Source: an uncultured delta proteobacterium
GTDB taxonomy: Bacteria; Myxococcota_A; Polyangia; Polyangiales; Polyangiaceae
Assembly (NCBI GenBank): GCA_963850305.1
Contig: CAWKKR010000008.1
Location: 1 to 64,000, forward strand
DNA length: 64,000 nucleotides
Direction of reading: 5' to 3'
The position numbers and the translations under genes are program-made. Positions 50,386 to 61,063 of this stretch are shown one piece after another. Under the pieces are notes generated by a model. The model saw only the letters and a list, made by a program, of their open reading frames with translations, was not told the DNA's origin and did no database searches. Position 1 is the first letter of the stretch. The number at the start of each line of letters is the position of its first letter.

Positions 50386-53300
50386 TCAACCTCGGCAAGG
50401 TGCGCGACGGCCGGTCCGGACCCGTCGTCGGCCGAGCACGACCGCGGCGAGCGCAAGCCCCGCAGCACCCGCGGAATTCCCCTGCCCACCGCGGCCCCTC
50501 GGCACGCGACACCCGCACCCGCCCGCATCCTTCGACGTCGCGGTGCCCGCTGCGCCGCCGGTGCCGTTTTTGGGTTGGGCGCCTGCATCGGCGTTGGTCG
50601 TCGGCGTGCCGCCGGTGTTCGTCGTGGACGCACCGCCCGCGCTCGCACTCGTGGTGCCGCCGATTGCCGTCGAGGCACCGCCCGCGCTCGCCGACATGGC
50701 ACCGCCGCTGCTCGACGCACCACCCGCGCCGGTGCCCGTCGCTACGCACGAGCTCGCCGTGCAGTCGTAGCCCGGCGCGCAGTCGGCGCTCGTGCCGCAC
50801 TGTTGCTGGCACTCGCCTGCGCCGAGGCACTGGTAGCCGTCGGGACACGGCGTGACCGCGCCGTCCGATGCTTTCACGCTGAATCCGCCCACGCAGGTTG
50901 CGCCTGCCGCATTGCAGGTCCCGGTACCGCTCGAGGTGTCGCAGACGGCGCCGAGACGGCAGTCGGCTTTGGTTGCGCACACAGTCTTGCAGGCGCCTGC
51001 TGATGGATCGCACGTGTAGCCGCCGCAGTCCTGGAGATTGCCGGCTGCGCAGTTGCCTGCAGTATCGCACGTGCTCGCCGTGATGATCGAGTCATTCACG
51101 CACGTCGCGGGTGCGCACTGCGTGGCGTTGCCGGGATACGTGCAGCCGTCGCGCTTCGCGCCGTTGCACTGTCCGAGGCACGCGCCGGAGCCGGAGCACG
51201 CCTGGCGCCCGTTCATCGGCGGTCCCACGGGTGTCGCTTCGCACGTTCCAGAGTTGCTCGGGTCGCCGCACCACTCGCACTGGCCGTTGCACGCCGTGTC
51301 GCAGCACACGCCGTCCGCGCAGAAGCCGCTGCTGCACTCGGCGTCCTGCGTGCAACCCGTGCCGAGCGCGTTCGCCCCGATGCACGCGCCGTTCACGCAG
51401 GTGAAGCCGTTGGCGCAGTCGGTCGTCAGCGTGCAGGTTGTGGGGCACGCGAGGTTCGTGCCGTCGCAGACGTACTCGCCGCACGACGGAGCGCCGGGAC
51501 TGCCCTTGGCGGCAGCGAGGCACGTGCCTCCGGCGCCGCTGCACGCCGCGCAGGGCTGGTCGCACGCGGTCTGGCAGCAGACGCCTGTGGCGCAGAAGCC
51601 GGATTGGCACACGCGGCAGTTGGCCGCGACGCAGTCGCCGCCTTGGCCGGTGTTGCAGGTTGCGGCGAGAGGCTTTTGGGCGAGGCACTTCCCGACGCTC
51701 CCGTTGTACGAGCAGAAGAAGCCCGTCGAGCAATCGGCGTCCGCAGCGCAGCCACCGGGGCCGGACGCGCAGGTGACGGAGGTGCCGTCGCAGACGTACG
51801 GCGCCGCGCATGCGGTCGTGTTCGAGCCGAGCGGCGCGGTGGTGCACGTGCCGTCAGCCGTCGCCCCCGCCGAGGCGGCACAGACGTCGCAAGCGTATGC
51901 GCAGGTCGTGTTGCAGCAGAAGCCGTCCTGGCAGAAACCCGCGCCGGCTGCGCACACGCGACAATTCCCGCTCAAGCAGTCTTTCCCGGCCGCGTCGTTG
52001 CAAGCGGCGGCGTGCGCCTTCTGCGGCCGGCACGACCCGTTCGCCGCGCAGTAGAGGCCGGCAGCGCATTGCCCATCGGCCGTGCACGCGACGCAACCCG
52101 TGCTCGTCCCGTTGCACGCCTGGGGTGCGCAGGTGGGATTCCCAGCGTAACCGGCAGGCGCCGTCGTACAGATTCCCTCTGCGGTTGCACCGAGGGTCGC
52201 CGCGCAGACATCGCAGCTTCCGGGGCATGCGGTGTTGCAGCAGACGCCGTCATGACAAAACCCGCTGCCGCATTGTGAGCTCGACGTGCACGGAGCGCCG
52301 ATGAGCACGAACACGTAGGCCTCGCCTTGGTCTACATTCGCATAAACTTGGTGGTTAGCTGCTCCGACCATCGCCGTGTCCCCAGACACCGACACCGAAT
52401 TGCCGAATTCGTCACCCGTAGCGCCGTCGGTAGCGACCAGCGGCACACCTTGCTGCGCCCACGTCGTCCCGCTCCGCGCGAATACGTAGGCTGCACCTTG
52501 GTCTACGTTCGCGGCTACCTGGTGGTAAGCTGCTCCGATCGTCGCCGTGTCCCCGGACGCCGATACCGAATAGCCGAATTCGTCACCCGCCGCGCCGTCG
52601 GTAGCGACCAGCGGCACGCCTTGCTGCGCCCATGTCGTCCCGCTTCTTACGAACACGTAGACTGCGCCCTGGTCTGCGTCCTCGCCAACCTGATGTTTAA
52701 GAGCTCCGACGAGTGCCGTGTCCCCGGACACTGACACCGAATAACCGAATTCGTCACCCGCCGCGCCGTCGGTAGCGATCAGCGGCGCGCCTTGCTGCGC
52801 CCATGTCGTCCCACTCCGTACGAAGACGTATGCCTCTGAGTGGCCGGGCGCTCCAACTAGCGTCGTGCCCCCGGACACCGACACCGAATAACCGAATTCG
52901 TCACCCGCCGCGCCGTCGGTAGGGACCAGCGGCGCGCCTTGCTGCGCCCACGTCGTCCCACTCCGTGCAAAGACGTAGGCGCCTCGCAACCCGTGCCCGA
53001 CGAGCCCGGGAGCTCCGACGAGCGCCGTGTCCCCGGACACCGACACCGAATAGCCGAATTCTTCACCCGGATCGCCGTCGGTAGCGACCAGCGCGCCTTG
53101 CCGCGCCCACGTCGTCCCGCTCCGCAAGAATACGTAAGCCGTGCCTTGATCGGTGCCGCTCGCGCCATTGTGACCGTAAGCTCCAACGAGCGCCGTGTCA
53201 CCGGACACCGAAACCGAATAGCCGAAGTGTTCACCTGGAATGCCGCCGCCGGAAGCTAGGACGCCGTGCGGGGCCCACGTCGTCCCGGTCCGCGTGAATA

Positions 53301-54285
53301 CGTAGGCGACTCCCCCCGCGGTGGCTGCGTAGTAGTCTCCGACGAGCGCCGTGTCCCCCGACACCGAAACCGCTTGGCCGAAGTAGTCCCCCGCCGCGCC
53401 GTCCGGAACGACCAGCGGCCCGCCCTGCTGCACCCACACCACCGGATCGACCCTGACCGGAAATCGCGCCCCCGCGACGTCCACGTCAATGACGACTCTG
53501 CCGCCGTTCACGTCCATCACGACCGGCACCGCCCGCCCCGTCGCGTCCTCGGCGTAAGCGTCCGAGTAATGCGCGCGCACCCTCCCGCTCACGCCGTCTC
53601 TCAGCAACACCTCCGCCGTCTTGTCTGCCGTCGCGGCAACGAGCTCCGGCGTGAGCCCGCCCGCGTCGATCTCGAACCACGCCGTCCCTCCGCCCGCGCT
53701 GGCGCTACACGGCGTCCGCTCCACCGTGAACGTCTGCTCAAGCCCGGGCTCCCCGTTCGCCCACGTCTCCACGAACGTCTCTGTCCCCGCGCGTCTCTCG
53801 TACGACAGCCGATTCGCGTCGTTCGCGTCCCTCACCGGCGCGCCGCTCGTCACCTCTGCCAGCTTGCCGTCCGTCGCGCACCCGTACCCCACCACGTCAA
53901 GCCGCCCGCTCCACCCCGCGCTCGCGCTCCCTGACGACAGTGCGACGCCGCGCTCGTCGAAGTGGCCTTCAATGCCGCGACTCGCGCTCTTCGCGACGAG
54001 CGGCGCGTCGTCCCCCGGCACGATCGCGTACCGGACGTCGCTCGCCGCCGTCTTCATCTGTGCGGACAGAGTCGCTGCTCTGACGGAGGCTTGTTGCTGC
54101 GACTTTGTCTGCGGCTCGTTCGCTCGCGACATCATTGCCGCTGCGTCGCTCGCGTCCCCATGCGCGCGGAGCGCCACGAGATCGTCCGGGCCGCACCCTG
54201 CCAGCAATGCCAGCGCGACGCTTGCGACCATGGACCAGCGACGTGCACGTCGCACCCGCCCCAACACCCAATCTCGAGTCATCAT
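50386..54285 (-). CDS. Large surface lipoprotein: N-domain, FG-GAP beta-propeller, Cys-rich repeats, MYXO-CTERM
   Basis: LAGC lipobox; seven FGYSVSVSGDTALVGA repeats; DGVCCxTxC repeats; GGCGCR-TM-RRR. Confidence 0.92.
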   Translation of the reverse strand: MMTRDWVLGRVRRARRWSMVASVALALLAGCGPDDLVALRAHGDASDAAAMMSRANEPQTKSQQQASVRAATLSAQMKTAASDVRYAIVPGDDAPLVAKSASRGIEGHFDERGVALSSGSASAGWSGRLDVVGYGCATDGKLAEVTSGAPVRDANDANRLSYERRAGTETFVETWANGEPGLEQTFTVERTPCSASAGGGTAWFEIDAGGLTPELVAATADKTAEVLLRDGVSGRVRAHYSDAYAEDATGRAVPVVMDVNGGRVVIDVDVAGARFPVRVDPVVWVQQGGPLVVPDGAAGDYFGQAVSVSGDTALVGDYYAATAGGVAYVFTRTGTTWAPHGVLASGGGIPGEHFGYSVSVSGDTALVGAYGHNGASGTDQGTAYVFLRSGTTWARQGALVATDGDPGEEFGYSVSVSGDTALVGAPGLVGHGLRGAYVFARSGTTWAQQGAPLVPTDGAAGDEFGYSVSVSGGTTLVGAPGHSEAYVFVRSGTTWAQQGAPLIATDGAAGDEFGYSVSVSGDTALVGALKHQVGEDADQGAVYVFVRSGTTWAQQGVPLVATDGAAGDEFGYSVSASGDTATIGAAYHQVAANVDQGAAYVFARSGTTWAQQGVPLVATDGATGDEFGNSVSVSGDTAMVGAANHQVYANVDQGEAYVFVLIGAPCTSSSQCGSGFCHDGVCCNTACPGSCDVCAATLGATAEGICTTAPAGYAGNPTCAPQACNGTSTGCVACTADGQCAAGLYCAANGSCRPQKAHAAACNDAAGKDCLSGNCRVCAAGAGFCQDGFCCNTTCAYACDVCAASAGATADGTCTTAPLGSNTTACAAPYVCDGTSVTCASGPGGCAADADCSTGFFCSYNGSVGKCLAQKPLAATCNTGQGGDCVAANCRVCQSGFCATGVCCQTACDQPCAACSGAGGTCLAAAKGSPGAPSCGEYVCDGTNLACPTTCTLTTDCANGFTCVNGACIGANALGTGCTQDAECSSGFCADGVCCDTACNGQCEWCGDPSNSGTCEATPVGPPMNGRQACSGSGACLGQCNGAKRDGCTYPGNATQCAPATCVNDSIITASTCDTAGNCAAGNLQDCGGYTCDPSAGACKTVCATKADCRLGAVCDTSSGTGTCNAAGATCVGGFSVKASDGAVTPCPDGYQCLGAGECQQQCGTSADCAPGYDCTASSCVATGTGAGGASSSGGAMSASAGGASTAIGGTTSASAGGASTTNTGGTPTTNADAGAQPKNGTGGAAGTATSKDAGGCGCRVPRGRGGQGNSAGAAGLALAAVVLGRRRVRTGRRAPCRG

Positions 54286-57200
54286 CGTGCGCCTCTGTGT
54301 GGGTAAACAAGCCGCGAATCGGCTCGCTCACGCGGACGCCTGCGACGACGAAGTGCGACCAGCCCAAGCGCCGCTAGCACCGCCGCGTGGGTGCTCCGAG
54401 AATCGGAGCCGCCCGACATCCGGCACCCGCACCCGCCCGCGTCCTTCGACGTCGCGCTGCCGGCCTCGCCGCCAGCGCCATTTGGGGGCTGGGCTCCCGC
54501 ATCGGCACCGGTCGTCGGCGTGCCGCCGCTGCTCGTCGCGGACGCACCGCCCGTGCCCGTGCCGGTGCTTCCGCCGCTTGCCGTCGCGGCGCCGCCGGTC
54601 GAGCCCGTCGTGGAAGTGCCGCCAGTGCTCGCCGACGTAGCGCCGCCGCTATTCGACGCGCCGCCCGTGCCGGTCCCTGTCGCGAAGCACGAGCTCCCCG
54701 TGCAGTCGTAGCCCGGCGCGCAGTCGGCGCCGGTACCGCACTGCTGCTGGCACGCGCCACTGACACACTGGTAGCCGTTGCACGAGCTCACGGTGCCATC
54801 GGAGGCCTTCACGTTGTAGGCATCGACGCAGGTCGCGCCGGCCGCGTTGCAGGTCCCGGTGCCGCTCGAGGTGTCGCAGACGGCGCCGAGACGGCAATCG
54901 GATTTCGTCGTGCACGCCGTCTTGCATGCGCCCACGGCTGGGTCGCAGGTGTAGCCGCCGCAGTCTTGGAGATCGCCGGCCGCGCAACCGCCTGCGGTGT
55001 CGCACGTGCTCGCGGTCAGGATCGAATCGTTGACGCAGGTCGCGGGTGCACATTGCGTCGCGCTCCCCGGGTAAACGCACCCGTCGACCTTCGCGCCGTC
55101 GCATTGCCCCAGGCAGGCGCCCGAGCCGGAGCAGGCCTGGCGGGTACCCTTCGGTTGTCCCTCGGGCGCGGCCTCGCACGTGCCGGGGTTGGCAGGGTCG
55201 TCGCACCACTGGCACTGGTCGTTGCACGGTACGTTGCAGCACACGCCGTCCACACAGTTTCCGGTGCTGCACTCGGCGCCGTCGGTGCAGGCTTTGCCGA
55301 GCGTCTGCGTCCCGATGCAAGCACCGCTCACACAAGAGTAGCCGCTCGCGCAATCCTTCGGAGCCGCGCACGTCGTTGGACACACGAGGCTCGTGCCGTC
55401 GCAGGCGTAGCCGGCGCAGCTCGCAACAGCGGTCCCCTGGGGCGCGGCCTGGCAAGCGCCGCTTCCACATTGGGCGCAACCCCCGGCGCACGCTGTCGTG
55501 CAGCAGACTCCGGTCGCGCAAAAGCCGGAGGCGCAGTCGCGGCAATCGGCAGTGGCGCAGTCAGCGCCTTGCAAGGCGTTACACGTCGCGCCGACCACCT
55601 TCTGCAGAACGCAGGTACCCGCGACGGCCCCGAACCCGCAGTAGTAGCCACTCGCGCAATCCGCGTCGGAAGCGCAACTATTCGAGCCCGGCGCGCACGT
55701 CACGGACACGCCGTCACAGGCGTGGGGACTCGAGCAGCCCGCAAGGGTCAGCCCGACCGTGGCGGGTCCGCACGTGCCGTCCGCCGTAGCGCCCATAGAC
55801 GCGGCGCAAACATCGCAAACGTTGCCGCACGTCGTGTTGCAGCAGAAGCCATCCACGCAGCCGCCCGGCGTGCCGCAGACGCGGCAACTCGCTTTGTCAC
55901 AGTCCGCACCGGCGGCGGCATTGCATGCGCTGCCCTGTGCCTTCTCGGCCTCGCAGGTGCCGTCCGCGGCGCAATATTTCCCTGACGGGCACTGGGCGTC
56001 GGTCGAGCACGCTGCGCAGGTCGCGCTGGTCCCGTTGCACGACAGAGTTCCGCACGCGGGACTTCCGACCGACCCGGCTGGAAGCGTGGTGCAGAGTCCG
56101 TCGGCCGTCGCGCCAAGGCTCTTGGCGCAAACATCGCAGCTATTGGCGCAGGGCGTGTCGCAGCAAAAACCGTCCACGCAGGCGGCGCTACCGCACTGAG
56201 AATTCGACGTGCAAGAGGCGCCCAGAGCCACGAACACATATGCCGCGCTACGGGCCCCGACGAGGATCGTGTCGCCGGATACCGACACCGCAGCGCCAAA
56301 CGTCTGGCCGCTCGAAGGCTCGAGTGTAGGCCCCTGCTGCGCCCACGTCGTGCCGCTCGCCACGAACACGTAGGCAGCCCCATAGGGGTTCGCGCCGACC
56401 TTCTTCTCCGAGGCCCCGACGAGCAGGGTGCTTCCAGACACCGAGACGGAATCACCAAAGTTGTCCTTGGCCGCGCCGTCCGGGGCAACGGAGATCGACC
56501 CCTTGCTGCGACCACGTCGTGCCGCTCCTCACGAACGCGTACGCCGCCCCTTGCTGAGTGTTTCCACTGACTGTTTTCGCAGAGGCACCGAGCAGAGCAG
56601 TGTTTCCGGACACCGCGACGGAACCGCCGAAATCGTCGGCGGCGGCGCCATCGGAAGCCACGAGATCCCCCCCTTGCTGCGTCCACGTCGTGCCGCTCCT
56701 CACGAATACGTACGCGGCCCCCTGGATGACACCAGACCCGTTCGCACCGACCAGAGCCGTATCGCCCGACACCGATACCGAGATGCCGAAGTAGCCGACC
56801 CCGTCGGAAGCCACGAGATCCCCCCCCTGCTGCGTCCACGTCGTGCCGCTCCTCACGAACACGTAGGCCGCGCCCTGCCCGGCATTCTTGTAGTAGGCCC
56901 CGATCAGCGCCGTGTCGCCCGACACCGATACCGACTCGCCGAAGCCGTCGCCCGACGCGCCGTCAGAAGCCGTGAGCGCGCCGCCCTGCTGCGTCCAGGT
57001 GGTGCCACTCCTCACGAAGACGTACGCTGTGCCTTTCGCGGTGTCGGGGGCCCCGATGAGGGCCGTGTCGCTGGATACGGCCAGGGACCAACCGAAGTAG
57101 TCGCCGACCGCGCCGGAGCCCAGCGTTGCTTGCTTCGTCCAGGTCGCGCCACTCCTCACGAACACGAAAACCTCGCCTGCGCTGGTGTCGTCGCCGGGCA

Positions 57201-58161
57201 CCTCCTCGTAGTTTCCGACCAGCGCCGTATCTCCGGATAGCGCAGCGGAAAGGCCATAGTAGTCACCGAACGAGCCATCGGGATCAGCCAGCTGCTGCTG
57301 CAGGCCCCACACCAACGGATCGACCCTGACCGGAAATCGCGCCCCCGCGACGTCCACGTCAATGACGACTCTGCCGCCGTTCACGTCCATCACGACCGGC
57401 ACCGCGCGTCCCGTCGCGTCCTCGGCGTAAGCGTCCGAGTAATGCGCGCGCACCCTCCCGCTCACGCCGTCTCTCAGCAACACCTCCGCCGTCTTGTCTG
57501 CCGTCGCGGCAACGAGCTCCGGCGTGAGCCCGCCCGCGTCGATCTCGAACCACGCCGTCCCTCCGCCCGCGCTGGCGCTACACGGCGTCCGCTCCACCGT
57601 GAACGTCTGCTCAAGCCCGGGCTCGCCGTTCACCCACGACTCCGTGAACATCTCTCGTCCCGCGTGTCTCACATACGACAGCCGATTCGCGTCGTTCCCG
57701 TCCCTCACCGGCGCGCCGCTCGTCACCTCTGCCAGCTTGCCGTCCGTCGCGCACCCGTACCCCACCACGTCAAGCCGCCCGCTCCACCCCGCACCCGCAC
57801 TCCCCGACGACAACGCGACGCCGCGCTCGTCAAAGCGCCCCTCGATGCCGCGACTCGCGCTCTTCGCGACGAGCGGCGCGTCGTCTCCCGGCACGACCGC
57901 GTACCGGACGTCGCTCGCCGCCGTCTTCATCTGTGCCGACAGAGTCGCTGCTTTGACGGAGGCTTGCTGGTGCGACTTTGTCGCCGGCGCGAGTGCCGTC
58001 GTCGACGGAGCCGCGTCGCTCGCGCCAGCGCTGGCGTCGCCACGCGCGCGCAGCGCTTCCAGATCCTGCGGTCCGCACGCCGTCAGCGCGAGCGCGACGG
58101 CCGCGACCATGGACCAGCGATGCGCACGTCGCACCCGCCCAAACACCCGATCTCGAGCCAT
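54282..58161 (-). CDS. Paralogous FG-GAP/Cys-rich/MYXO-CTERM lipoprotein (frameshift near 56490)
   Basis: Same architecture; ORFs 56452..58395 and 54282..56441 are colinear with the 50386 gene. Confidence 0.88.
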
Positions 58162-58444
58162 CGTCGTTCCGCCTCTCGCGTCCGTCACACCGCACGCAAC
58201 CCTGCGTGTTCCGGCCGAGGCTCGGCGCACGGGGAGCGTCCCGCAATAGTCAATTCGCTGACGGCGGTCCGGGCCCCGCTCGTCCGGCTGTCTCCGGGAC
58301 GCCTGCGCGACGAAGCCGACCGCGCCCTGCAGCGCCCGCCGCTCGGCGTATCTCCAGTCTATTTCCAGGAGAGCCGTGCGCGCCGCCCCTGGCACATGTT
58401 CGGCCGCGCGTGACGCGCCGCGGGGCCTGCTCTAGCGTCGCGCC

Positions 58445-59452
58445 GTGACGTCGCAGCGCTCGCTCGTGGAGGTGGTCGAGGCAGCGTACGACGTCGTCGC
58501 GGACGACGAGCTGTGGCTGCGTGGGCTCCTGGAAGCCGTACAGCCGGAGCTCGACGGCGGATTCGGCGTGGGAGCCCAGCTCGTGGACGCGTCGGTCCCG
58601 GAGAACTACCGGACGTCGTCGCTCGTCGCTCGGGGGATCCCGGATAGCCTGATGAAAGCGCTCCTGATATGTGTTCCGACCTTGACCGCTGATCAGGTGC
58701 GGGCGCTCTTCTATGGTGGTCCGGTTGCCACGATGGTCAGTGCGTGCGGCGCGGACATCTTCGATGGGCCCCTGCAGCAGGAGCACCTCGTCGCGGCGCT
58801 CGGCGTCCACGACATTCTCGGCGTGAACGCGATGGACCCGACGGGTCGCGGCTGCAACATCGCGGCATCCCGTGCCCAGGCGACGACGACGCTACCCCCC
58901 GCCTTCGTGCGCACGTGGAGTCGCATCGCGTCGCACATCGCCGCGGGGCTCCGGCTGCGCCGCGGTCCGGTGGCGCCGGGGAACGATCTTGCCGCGGGCG
59001 CGGAGGCGGTGCTCTCGCCGTCGGGGAAGACCGTGCACGCTGAGGAGCCCGCGAGCTCGCGCGAGGCCCGCGCGGCCCTGAAAGATGCCGCTCTCGCCGT
59101 GGACCGCGCGCGTCGCCTCGCGAAGCGGGATCCGGAAGAAGCGATCGCACTCTGGCGCGGGCTCGTCGCCGGACGCTGGTCGCTGGTCGATCGGTTCGAC
59201 ACGGACGGGCGGCGCTTCCTCGTCGTGAAGCGCAACGACCCGGAGCCCGCGGGGCCACCGCCGCCCGCGCTCACGCTCCCGGAGCGTCAGGCCGTTGGCT
59301 ATGCCGCGCTCGGGCACTCGAACAAGCTCATCGCCTACGAGCTCGGGCTCCCCGAATCCACGATCGCCGCCCGGCTGACGAAGGCGGCAAAGAAGCTCGG
59401 CTGCCCGTCGCGCGTCGCGCTCGTGAGGCTCGTCGCCGGGCCCGTCGAGTGA
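58445..59452 (+). CDS. LuxR-type HTH regulator with GAF-like N-terminus
   Basis: LTLPERQAVGYAALGHSNKLIAYELG; divergent from the surface-protein cluster. Confidence 0.9.
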   Translation: MTSQRSLVEVVEAAYDVVADDELWLRGLLEAVQPELDGGFGVGAQLVDASVPENYRTSSLVARGIPDSLMKALLICVPTLTADQVRALFYGGPVATMVSACGADIFDGPLQQEHLVAALGVHDILGVNAMDPTGRGCNIAASRAQATTTLPPAFVRTWSRIASHIAAGLRLRRGPVAPGNDLAAGAEAVLSPSGKTVHAEEPASSREARAALKDAALAVDRARRLAKRDPEEAIALWRGLVAGRWSLVDRFDTDGRRFLVVKRNDPEPAGPPPPALTLPERQAVGYAALGHSNKLIAYELGLPESTIAARLTKAAKKLGCPSRVALVRLVAGPVE

Positions 59453-59482
59453 GACCGTCCCGACGCCGTCTCGCCAGAATCG

Positions 59483-59825
59483 CTAGCGTCGGATCTTCGT
59501 CCGACCCGCCCACGCGGCGAGCTCCGCGCGCGACCCGACACCGAGCTTGCGGAACAGCGCCTGCACCTGGTTGGCCACGGTGCGGATCGAGGTGCCGCGC
59601 TCCCGGGCGATCTGCAGGTTCGAGCGGCAGGAGAGGAGCGCCCTCAGGACCTCGCGCTCGGCGGGCGTGAGAGCGTCCGGAACCCGTCCGGCCTCGGTCG
59701 AGAAGCTGAGCACCGCGTAGGCGCCCTCCTCGAACCGAAACTGCGTGCCTGACAGAATCCGGCGGCGGCGCCGGCACGGGCGCGCCGTCATCGAGCTCCG
59801 TCGTCGGGAGGCGGCGCGGGGTCAT
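59483..59825 (-). CDS. Small LuxR HTH protein (possible frameshift near 59760)
   Basis: LTPAEREVL...SNLQIARERGTSIRTVANQVQALFRKLGVGSRAEL. Confidence 0.88.
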
Positions 59826-60323
59826 GACCGGGGTGCAGGGTAGCGTCGGGTTGCGGAGGGGGCAACCGTTGCCCGCTCAGCCCGGCGCTCCGCTCCGCGA
59901 CCACCGTTGCCCCAGCCTGCGTCCCTTCTCAGACGCGACAGGGCGGCGACCGTGCTCGCCGCGAGCGGATCGCTCGAGGACGCGCTCCGGATGGCCGCTC
60001 GCGCGCGCCGCCCAGAGGGCGTCGCGCGCACACGCTGACACGGTTCCGACCCTCCGGTCGGTCGTCTCGATTCCGTACACCACTGTCGTGGTTCACGCAC
60101 ACTCGCATTTATTCCCGTGTTCGCTCTTTTCTCTCCGCGAGCGCGCAACGTCACCCCGACGCGACTCACGTTCGTTCGAGGTTCGTTCGAGGTTCGTTCG
60201 ACGGCGTTCGACGGCGTTCGACGGCGTTCGACCACGTGGGTGAGCCCGACGTGCGCGCCCGCAGGGTGGTCCGGCGTTTGCTTTCTCACTCTATCGCCGC
60301 ATCGGAACCCGGACGCCGGGCCC

Positions 60324-60360
60324 GTGAAAGCTTCTTCACCGAGCTTTCACCGGCTTTTTT
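60324..60360. terminator. Hairpin with T-run next to the PIN gene 3' end
   Basis: gtgaaagct/agctttcac stem followed by cggctttttt. Confidence 0.5.
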
Positions 60361-60374
60361 CGTGGCGTGCGCGT

Positions 60375-60767
60375 TCAGAGGAGCTTGACGCCGTGCTCGC
60401 TGGCAAGCTTCCTGTCGAACGTAATCAGGGTGCCGCCAGGCTGGGTCCGCGCCTTTCCCAGTATCAGGTAGTCCGCGAGACCGGCCTTGCCGCTCGCGTA
60501 GGCATCGAGCGCCGCCTGAACGAGCTCGATCTCCTCGACGACGACGCCTTCGGTCCGGAGCAAGCGCGACAGGTGCGCGTGGATCGTCCCGCGGTCCCAC
60601 GCGTACGTCGAGCCGAGCACCCACGAGACCTCCGCGAGCACGACCAGAGACACGAAGACGCCGTCGCCCGCTGCATGAGCTGAGAAGGCTCGTTCCGCCT
60701 GTCGCGTCTGCGCCGGGTCGTCGCCGACGAGGACGCGAACGATCACGTTGGTGTCAAAGGCGGCCAC
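60375..60767 (-). CDS. vapC: PIN-domain VapC-family toxin
   Basis: AFDTNVIVR, VVLAEVSWVL, LADYLI, ITFDRK. Confidence 0.9.
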   Translation of the reverse strand: MAAFDTNVIVRVLVGDDPAQTRQAERAFSAHAAGDGVFVSLVVLAEVSWVLGSTYAWDRGTIHAHLSRLLRTEGVVVEEIELVQAALDAYASGKAGLADYLILGKARTQPGGTLITFDRKLASEHGVKLL

Positions 60768-60996
60768 GCACGGCCTTCGCGATCCCGCGATCCATCTCCT
60801 CGATCGACGCGACACGCTTCACGGGCGGCCTGCCCCGGAAGAGCTCCTCGGGCTTGTAGAGAGCGGGCGTGAGGATCAGCCGCTTCCTGTCGTCGATGGT
60901 CACGTCCACCTTGCTGCCCGGAAGCAGCTTGAGGTGCTCCCGGACAGCCTTCGGAAGCACGAACTGACCCTTGGCGCTCATGGTGATGGTGAACAT
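60754..60996 (-). CDS. AbrB/MazE-family antitoxin
   Basis: TMSAKGQFVLPKAVREHLKLLPGSKV; overlaps the PIN gene. Confidence 0.9.
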   Translation of the reverse strand: MFTITMSAKGQFVLPKAVREHLKLLPGSKVDVTIDDRKRLILTPALYKPEELFRGRPPVKRVASIEEMDRGIAKAVRGRL

Positions 60997-61063
60997 GCTT
61001 ACTTAGTAAGCCCCACCGTCACACATTTTCAAGCTTCAGCCGACGGCTGCGCGGAAACCGCAG

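Noticed and set aside
52320..53420. Regularly spaced ~165-bp DNA repeats as CRISPR or DGR template
   Set aside because: They are coding FG-GAP blades; there is no reverse transcriptase and no A-specific variation.
60165..60235. Short gttcgacggc / gttcgttcgag tandem repeats
   Set aside because: Three or four low-complexity copies with no supportable function; not tRNA-like in structure.
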